Virus record (IMG/VR): IMGVR_UViG_3300031857_023573
Location: 96,001-160,000 of that record
Reading direction: 5' to 3' (one strand)
Length of the DNA stretch: 64,000 nucleotides
From: a virus
Taxonomy: Duplodnaviria; Caudoviricetes
Every line of letters begins with the position of its first letter. Position 1 is the stretch's first letter. The notes under the pieces were generated by a model. It saw nothing but the letters and a program-made list of their open reading frames with translations. It ran no database searches and was not told the origin of the DNA. The translations under genes were made by a program, and so were the position numbers. Positions 57,443 to 64,000 of the stretch are shown here, one piece after another.

Positions 57443-58364
57443 TTGTTATACTTTTTTTATCTTTAAAATTTTCACTATTAAAATAGTCTGATAGTTCATT
57501 TATACCAGATTTTAAATCAAATTTAATTTTATAGTCAAGTTTTGATTTAATTTTAGAAAAATTAACTTTATAATCTCTAGGATCATCCCAGTCAACTTTA
57601 TTAACTTTAAAATTTTTAAAAGATAAAAGCTCATCAATTATTTCCCTTTTAGTATAATTTAAACTTTCATCCCCTAAATTGTAAACACCTGTCAAATTTT
57701 TTTCTAAAGAAAGTATAATCATATTACAAGCATCTTCAATGTGAACATATGGTCTCCAAGCTTGCTCACCATAGAGACTGATCTCACCGTCTTTATAAAT
57801 TTCATAAATAAATTGATTAATTGTTAAATCTACCCTCATTCTATGAGAAACACCAAATAATGTAGAACATCTTAAAATTAAATAGGATTTAACATTCTCT
57901 ATTATAAAATTTTCAGCTTTTATTTTAGAAGATGAGTAAATACCTAAGGGGTTTAATTCCGAAGTCTCATCAACAATTAAATCATTTTTCCCATAATTAG
58001 AACAAGTACTCAAAAATAAAAATTGTTTATTTTGATCATCACAAATCTTTGCTAAAAAGATAGCAGCATCTGAGTTTACTCTATATGACTCTTCTTTGTT
58101 AATTTTACAAATGGGCTCACCTACATAAGCAGCTAAATTTATTATAATATCATTTTTGGCAACTATTGATTCTAATTTTACATAGTCCATTACACATCCT
58201 TTTATAAACTGATAATTACTATTATTTAAAAATGGTTTAATACCATCATCTCCAAAATAAAGAATATCATATACTGTGACATTATATCCATTTTCTAAGA
58301 GCTTTTCACTTAACTTAGAACCAAAAAATCCAGCACCTCCGGTGATGAGAACATTTTTACTCAT
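57426..58364 (-). CDS. NAD-dependent epimerase/dehydratase
   Basis: ITGGAGFFG, STCSNYG, YSSSK, RPYVHIED; ATG 58364 preferred. Confidence 0.9.
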   Translation of the reverse strand: MSKNVLITGGAGFFGSKLSEKLLENGYNVTVYDILYFGDDGIKPFLNNSNYQFIKGCVMDYVKLESIVAKNDIIINLAAYVGEPICKINKEESYRVNSDAAIFLAKICDDQNKQFLFLSTCSNYGKNDLIVDETSELNPLGIYSSSKIKAENFIIENVKSYLILRCSTLFGVSHRMRVDLTINQFIYEIYKDGEISLYGEQAWRPYVHIEDACNMIILSLEKNLTGVYNLGDESLNYTKREIIDELLSFKNFKVNKVDWDDPRDYKVNFSKIKSKLDYKIKFDLKSGINELSDYFNSENFKDKKSITNDNRN

Positions 58365-59607
58365 ATAAAGAATCTCCAATTTTTATTAATTTAATACCAT
58401 CTTCTTTATTAAGATATCTCCATGGATCAATTACTACTGAACCCTTTGGAAATTTATAATTCAGGAACAAATCGTGATTTGTTCCAATAAAAAATATCGA
58501 ACTATCTATAATTGGGGGATTAGTATCATCTATCCAAGGATCATACATTAATACTTCAATGCCTTTTTCCTCTAGAATGTTTCTAAGTAATATTGATGGA
58601 CTACCAACTGTAAGATTTGTTTCTTTTTTAAATGTTTTACCCAAAATAACTATTGGTAAATTAGTTTTATTTTTTTCCTCGATAATTATATTTGCGAGCC
58701 ACTCAGTCTGATATTCTCTACAATACATCAAACTCTCATACCAGTCATAACTAAGATTTACTTTTTTAGCGAGCCAAGAGAGAGCTATATTATCTCTTGG
58801 GTGACATCCACCACCATCTCCCATGCCACCTGATAAATATTTTGGACTCATTAGTCTCTCATTAGATAATGTGAGAGCCTTCATAACATTATCACAATTT
58901 ATATTATCTAACTTATGTGATAGCTCCATGACAGTATTGGCCAAACATATTTTCATCGTGATATAAGTATTGTATGTCACTTTTATCATTTCTGCTTCTT
59001 CTATTGTGCATTTAAAAACCGACTTATTATGTAATGTAGAATAAAACTTCTTAGTTTTTATGTATGCTTCGTTATCATCTACACCAAAAAGTATAAACTC
59101 TGGGTTTATAAAATCTCTTATTGTTGTACCCATGGCAATAAAAAATGGATTATAACAAAGTTTTACAAACTCATTTAAAAGAGGTTTTATCTCGTTTCTT
59201 ATTGTACCAGGTAGAACTGTTGATATAATTATCACAATTTTTTCTTTTCCTTGTTTCAGAATCTCATCGGAAAGTGTTTTTACTCCAGACTTTAGATATG
59301 TATAGTCAAAATCAACTCTATCTTCAGGAAGTCTTGTTATACCCTCATATTTCTCAGAGTGTGGAGTCTGGATTGGCACAAATATGATATCAGACTTTTC
59401 AACAACTTTTTCAACAGAAGACCAGTTTATTTTACTCTTATTTAAGAGTTCTTGTGCACCTTCTTCTTTGTATGGAAGAATTTTTGTGTCTAAAATTTTT
59501 TTAACTTCTAAATTTATATCATATCCAAATATTTCATGACCAGCATTTTCAGTAGCTAGCGCACAAGGAAGACCAAGTTTTCCTAAACCTATAAATCCTA
59601 TATTCAT
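58357..59607 (-). CDS. UDP-glucose/GDP-mannose dehydrogenase family protein
   Basis: [41 protein letters not shown]. Confidence 0.9.
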   Translation of the reverse strand: MNIGFIGLGKLGLPCALATENAGHEIFGYDINLEVKKILDTKILPYKEEGAQELLNKSKINWSSVEKVVEKSDIIFVPIQTPHSEKYEGITRLPEDRVDFDYTYLKSGVKTLSDEILKQGKEKIVIIISTVLPGTIRNEIKPLLNEFVKLCYNPFFIAMGTTIRDFINPEFILFGVDDNEAYIKTKKFYSTLHNKSVFKCTIEEAEMIKVTYNTYITMKICLANTVMELSHKLDNINCDNVMKALTLSNERLMSPKYLSGGMGDGGGCHPRDNIALSWLAKKVNLSYDWYESLMYCREYQTEWLANIIIEEKNKTNLPIVILGKTFKKETNLTVGSPSILLRNILEEKGIEVLMYDPWIDDTNPPIIDSSIFFIGTNHDLFLNYKFPKGSVVIDPWRYLNKEDGIKLIKIGDSLYE

Positions 59608-60419
59608 AAACTGTTATTTTTTTTTGAGATAACTAACCAATGCCAACCTAATTTAGAGCTTAACCATTTGAAAATATTATTCGGCATTATTCTGAAGAAC
59701 CATCTTTTTTTATATTCTTTTTTTATATACTTACTTATAATATAAGGAAAAATATGAAATTTGTTTATTTTAATTATATTAAAATCTCTAAATAAATTTT
59801 TTATCTCTTTCTTATTATAAGTATGAGCTATTGGACATCCTAATTGAGCTTCCGCATAATATTGAATTGATTTTCTTGGATTAAAGAGGAATCTCCAGCC
59901 ATTTGTAAATAATGATTCTAACATTTTATATGAAATGAATGAGTAGACCATTATTCTAACTTCTGTATCATCGTGGCAATATTGTACCAAAGATTTCATG
60001 ATTTTATATGGTTTTGGTGAGTGATGTATCACACCAAATGAATATATCAAATCAAATTTTTCATTTTCAATATACTCATAAATTTCTTCAGCGTTACAAA
60101 GTATGAATCTCGCATTCAAACCATAAACTTCAAATCTTTTTTTACAAATTTCCAGAGATTCTTCTGAGAGTTCTACACAAGTCAGTTCAGCTCCTGCTTT
60201 CGCGAATCTTATAGAGTCTGTTCCTATTCCACATCCCAATTCTAGAACTTTTTTACCACTCCATTTATGAAATTCTGCAAATTCAAGAATATGAGGCTCT
60301 ACAAAATATCTTCTCTTGTCGACTTCTTCAAAGTACTCAATAGTTCCTATTTTTTTATCAGAGTGTTTTATGTTACAGGGTCTTCTGTTCCAATAATCTT
60401 TAACAATTTCAATATTCAT
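59604..60419 (-). CDS. Class I SAM-dependent methyltransferase
   Basis: [27 protein letters not shown]. Confidence 0.88.
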   Translation of the reverse strand: MNIEIVKDYWNRRPCNIKHSDKKIGTIEYFEEVDKRRYFVEPHILEFAEFHKWSGKKVLELGCGIGTDSIRFAKAGAELTCVELSEESLEICKKRFEVYGLNARFILCNAEEIYEYIENEKFDLIYSFGVIHHSPKPYKIMKSLVQYCHDDTEVRIMVYSFISYKMLESLFTNGWRFLFNPRKSIQYYAEAQLGCPIAHTYNKKEIKNLFRDFNIIKINKFHIFPYIISKYIKKEYKKRWFFRIMPNNIFKWLSSKLGWHWLVISKKNNSL

Positions 60420-60421
60420 AA

Positions 60422-61255
60422 TTAGTTTAAATTTAAATTTTCTTCAATTAATCCCCAATTATCAGGATTGGCTTTAAAATGATTAGCATGTATATTTTGA
60501 TTTCCACCAGATTGACCACCCCACTTTATACTATGATGATCTATGTGAAAAAAACAAGAATCATTGATATCTTCCAAATCACCAAGACAAGTGTACCTCC
60601 TCGATAATCTCGCATTAAGTTCTATATCTAACCATCCCCATTTGTTTAGTTCTTCAAACCAACAAGTGCTTTCTTCGCATATATTTCTACTCAAAAGTAG
60701 TCCCATAGCCGCCCCGGAAAAATTGTTTAGACTAATTTTTTCATGTCTCCAACTATTTTTTTTAAGCGACCAGTTTGATATAGCATCATCTAAGACCAAA
60801 CTATCTTGTGTGAATTGATAAATTTCAAGAGGTATATGATATCTTGAAGCCCAATAAAATGTTTTAAGTTTATCGGAATTTTTAATTAAATTATATAAAT
60901 TAATGAAGGATTGTGTTGGAATATAACTGTCACCATCGATAAAAAAAACAAAATCTCCAAAACTTCTTCTATAACCGGCATTCATAGCTTTCGAGTATGA
61001 AAATATCGAATCTGGACTATATTTAGAACATATTTCTTTCGGTACGTGGTAAAAACGCGTAAATTGAAATTTAGACGTATCAAGAACATCGTATAATTTT
61101 TTATCACTTCCCCAATCCACGACTATTATTTCTATCTGATTAGTCTTCAATTCTCTTATGTTATCTTCTAATTTTGACAAATTAAATTGAATTCTTTGTA
61201 AGAAGTTACCCGCATATTCGTCATTCTTTCCGCAAGTTATTATTGAAAGTATCAT
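60422..61255 (-). CDS. GT-A fold (GT2-like) glycosyltransferase
   Basis: [35 protein letters not shown]. Confidence 0.75.
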   Translation of the reverse strand: MILSIITCGKNDEYAGNFLQRIQFNLSKLEDNIRELKTNQIEIIVVDWGSDKKLYDVLDTSKFQFTRFYHVPKEICSKYSPDSIFSYSKAMNAGYRRSFGDFVFFIDGDSYIPTQSFINLYNLIKNSDKLKTFYWASRYHIPLEIYQFTQDSLVLDDAISNWSLKKNSWRHEKISLNNFSGAAMGLLLSRNICEESTCWFEELNKWGWLDIELNARLSRRYTCLGDLEDINDSCFFHIDHHSIKWGGQSGGNQNIHANHFKANPDNWGLIEENLNLN

Positions 61256-61322
61256 TAAATATTTTATTTTTATATAGTCATTCTATTCGTTCTGATTAAT
61301 AAAACACTCTTACATATATTAA

Positions 61323-62243
61323 TTAGTAGATTGATTGAGATTCTTGTTTTTTTGATATTTTTTTCAAATCTTTAAAAATTGAGTTTATTCTCGTCTCTAA
61401 GATTTCAAATTTTGAACCTAGTTGTATTTCTTGTTCATACTTCCCATGCCAATGCCAAGTAAAAGCTCCTTCAAATAGAGAGTTTTTTTCATTTTTATTG
61501 AAAGGATCATTTACGGCACCTTCAAATCCCCACTCAGAGTCAAACCAGACACAAGGAAAAATCCAGATATCATTTTTTAACCTCGAATACATAGAATGTC
61601 CCCAGGAAGTAGAATTTTTCTGAGGAGCGATGGTCTTTAGAATTTCTAAATATTCTTTAGAAGCTGGTGAATTTTTATCTAACCTCATTATAGCACCATT
61701 AAAAGTCATAGTAGGTTCGGCCTGATTATGTCCACTTGTACCCCATTGATATAAAAATTCGAAATCATTAAGGGGTGACATGTCTTGCAATACTAAAGCA
61801 TCCATGTCTATATAAAAACCACCATACTTATTCAGTATTAATAATCTGAAAAGATCTCCTTCCAACCAACAAAAATCATCTTTAACTGATTCTTCAGATT
61901 TTAGATAGAAACAATCCTCCAAGATGGTTCCTTTTATTTCGTTTTTTAAATCCCATATTTTAAAGTTCACAAATTCTCTCACTTCTTGAAAATATTCGTT
62001 TGATGTTAAATCCACATTGGACCACAAAAATATTTCGAGATCTTTTAGTCTATTTTGATGTGCCGCTATAATAGATTTAATAACAGCTGACTGCTTTCTT
62101 CCGAAATTTCTTGGAACTCTCCAAAAACAGTGAAAAACTAATTTTGAATTTTCACTTGATTTCATATTTTTTGCAAAATTTAGAGATTTCTCATAGTAAA
62201 TCTTCTCGCTTTTATAAAGCTCTTCACTCAAAAGTTTAAACAT
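61323..62243 (-). CDS. DXD-motif glycosyltransferase (GT32-like)
   Basis: DLFRLLILNKYGGFYIDMD. Confidence 0.8.
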   Translation of the reverse strand: MFKLLSEELYKSEKIYYEKSLNFAKNMKSSENSKLVFHCFWRVPRNFGRKQSAVIKSIIAAHQNRLKDLEIFLWSNVDLTSNEYFQEVREFVNFKIWDLKNEIKGTILEDCFYLKSEESVKDDFCWLEGDLFRLLILNKYGGFYIDMDALVLQDMSPLNDFEFLYQWGTSGHNQAEPTMTFNGAIMRLDKNSPASKEYLEILKTIAPQKNSTSWGHSMYSRLKNDIWIFPCVWFDSEWGFEGAVNDPFNKNEKNSLFEGAFTWHWHGKYEQEIQLGSKFEILETRINSIFKDLKKISKKQESQSIY

Positions 62244-63033
62244 AATTTATTATTTTTTTTATAAAATCTTCCCAGAAAGAAAGTTTTAATTTATTCAAAT
62301 TCCATTCTTTATTTATTATTTCGTCATATTTCTCATCTAATAACTTCTGATTAACTTCAGTCCAGTCTTTTACAAAAAGTATTGGTAAATCAGTAAATAA
62401 GTGATGTGTATTTTCATACTTCACGATTGGAATTGATCCCATATATAAAGTTTCCCACAACCTATGTGTGTCGATTCCATTACCTCTTGGACAAAAAACA
62501 AACTTTGATGATCTAATTTCTTCTAAATATTTTTTTCTACCGTTCATAGTAGATTCTATATCACCGGATTTTACCCACTTCTCTTTTAAAAAAAGATGAC
62601 TTACTATATTTCTTTCCGATGGATAATTCGATATATTAAAATTCAAATAGGCAAGATGACTTTTATTAACTACTTTCTCAAAAGTGTCAATCATGATATC
62701 TAGATTACCATAAATAGGATGTAGTTCTGAATCATTACAATCATTTGTAATTCCAAGTGGAATGCCATAAACATTTTCTTCCTCTGTGAATCGGTTTATA
62801 CAGAATATTTTATCAAAATATTTTGATATTTGACCAGTTATGGGGTAATCTGAATGTCCGACTACAATTTTTCTGTCAATTTTTTCTGGATGAATATTTC
62901 CTCTCCAGATAAATTTACCAGTATAAAAAAAGTCTGTTTTTATATAGCAAATATTATTTCGATTACAAAATTCTAAATAACCATCAGTAGTAATTATATC
63001 ACTTTTTGTATATGTAAAATCTTTAAGTTTCAA
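62236..63033 (-). CDS. Exostosin/GT47-like glycosyltransferase
   Basis: SKFVFCPRGNGIDTHRLWETLYMGSIPIV. Confidence 0.75.
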   Translation of the reverse strand: MKLKDFTYTKSDIITTDGYLEFCNRNNICYIKTDFFYTGKFIWRGNIHPEKIDRKIVVGHSDYPITGQISKYFDKIFCINRFTEEENVYGIPLGITNDCNDSELHPIYGNLDIMIDTFEKVVNKSHLAYLNFNISNYPSERNIVSHLFLKEKWVKSGDIESTMNGRKKYLEEIRSSKFVFCPRGNGIDTHRLWETLYMGSIPIVKYENTHHLFTDLPILFVKDWTEVNQKLLDEKYDEIINKEWNLNKLKLSFWEDFIKKIINYV

Positions 63034-63079
63034 TTTAAAATAATTTCATTTTAAGAAAAATCAACTTCTTCTGAAGAAG

Positions 63080-64000
63080 TTAAATGATATTCAATTTTTT
63101 GAAAACTGGTTTATTATTTTCAATCCAGTCGAACATCAAACTTACTCCTTCACTTGTATTTATCTTTGGTTCCCATCCTATGTCCTGCTTAATTTTACCT
63201 ATATCACTAATGTATATTTTCTGATCGCCTGGTCTCCAGTCGGAGAAATCAAAATTTACTCTTTTTTCTAACCTGTGTTCAATTAAATCTATAAGTTCTA
63301 AAAGTGATAAAGTATTATTTATACCACCTCCGATGTTATAAACATTACCTGAACATTTGTCAATTTTGTGCAAAATTTGTTCATAGCAATTTATTAGATC
63401 TTTAACGTGTAGAACGTCTCTAACTTGTTTACCATTACCATAAATGGTAAATTTAGAGTCAAATATTGAAGAAATGCTGAACCAAGAGACCCATCCTTGA
63501 TCTTCTATACCGAATTGGTTTGGACCGTAAATACATGACTGTCTTAGTACAACAGATTTCAAATTAAATATTCTACTGTAATCTTTAACATATTGGTCAG
63601 CAGTTCCTTTGGAACAACCATATGGTGAATGAAAATCAAGATTTTGATTCTCATTAATACCTGAAATCAAATCGGTGTAGAAGTATCTTTTATCATTCTC
63701 ATCTATCTGAGACTTAAATTCCCCATAAACTTTATTAGTTGATGAATAAATTATAGCGCAATCTGGTAAATACAATCTTAGGCATTCTAGTATGTTAAAT
63801 GTCCCCAAAGCATTAATCTCGAAGTCTTCTCTTGGATTCCTGACGGAATAAGTAACGGCTACTTGTGCGGCCAAATGTATTACCGCATCAAAACTATTAT
63901 TTTTAAAGATGTTCTCTATATCAAAGAAATTTCTAATATCTTTGTTCCAGAAAGTGAATTTAATTAGTTTTTCCAGAGTATTAAAATTCTCTATATTACC
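63080..64000 (-). CDS. NAD-dependent epimerase, CDP-paratose 2-epimerase (RfbE)-like; 5' end beyond the window
   Basis: Frame open to 64000 (..FDAVIHLAAQVAVTYS..PREDFEINALGT), SSTNKVYG, SPYGCSK, QGWVSWF, RPGDQ. Confidence 0.85.
   Translation of the reverse strand, partial: GNIENFNTLEKLIKFTFWNKDIRNFFDIENIFKNNSFDAVIHLAAQVAVTYSVRNPREDFEINALGTFNILECLRLYLPDCAIIYSSTNKVYGEFKSQIDENDKRYFYTDLISGINENQNLDFHSPYGCSKGTADQYVKDYSRIFNLKSVVLRQSCIYGPNQFGIEDQGWVSWFSISSIFDSKFTIYGNGKQVRDVLHVKDLINCYEQILHKIDKCSGNVYNIGGGINNTLSLLELIDLIEHRLEKRVNFDFSDWRPGDQKIYISDIGKIKQDIGWEPKINTSEGVSLMFDWIENNKPVFKKLNII

Noticed and set aside
1908-60818. Short antisense or nested ORFs in the track (e.g. 1908-2159, 2549-2788, 4177-5033, 7142-7918, 30325-39383 minus, 45952-46383, 54073-55107, 60564-60818)
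   Set aside because: They lie inside well-supported genes, have no recognisable motifs and read as shadow translations.
1-64000. Bacterial chromosome or plasmid origin
   Set aside because: Host-like genes are isolated from their normal operons and interleaved with gp46-like, neck-like, giant structural-type and many orphan ORFs. Not formally excluded, because no capsid or terminase gene lies in this window.
1-64000. Alternative genetic code (stop codon recoding)
   Set aside because: Code 11 gives dense, full-length genes, and both TAG (e.g. 21533, 23862) and TGA (e.g. infC, 51563) act as normal stops.
1-64000. CRISPR array, rRNA, IS/transposase or integrase
   Set aside because: No regularly spaced repeats, rRNA-like stretches or recombinase/transposase motifs were noticed by eye.

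Overview
AT-rich (roughly 30% GC by eye), densely coding 64 kb fragment read in standard code 11, best interpreted as part of a jumbo/huge tailed phage genome. Supporting genes: a gp46/SbcC-like nuclease ATPase, a gp14-like neck protein, three very large structural-type ORFs (1054, 1559 and 3228 aa), a TOPRIM primase, two DNA ligases, an ECF sigma factor, a Dam methylase and many small orphan ORFs. The host is inferred to be Bacteroidota from repeated TAnnTTTG (-7) promoters, several with TTTG 19-20 nt upstream, a Bacteroidota-type bS21 and no obvious Shine-Dalgarno sites. Host-like genes are scattered rather than in bacterial operons: translation (IF3, SmpB, bS1, bS21, tRNA-CAT), proteostasis (ClpC-like, DnaJ, thioredoxin, M16 and M28 peptidases), metabolism (AhcY, CoaE, NadE) and a glycan biosynthesis cluster of over 7.5 kb that runs off the right edge. 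The most unusual observations are: a pseudoknot-rich candidate RNA directly downstream of smpB with no recognisable tRNA-like domain; a recurrent C-terminal [LI]R[DEN]x[KQ][LI]xx[IV]L motif on several unrelated proteins; an AATATATA candidate late promoter often embedded in start-region hairpins; and two small basic ORFs with ribosome-rescue-like or unexplained tails. All calls are from manual motif reading; no database searches were run.
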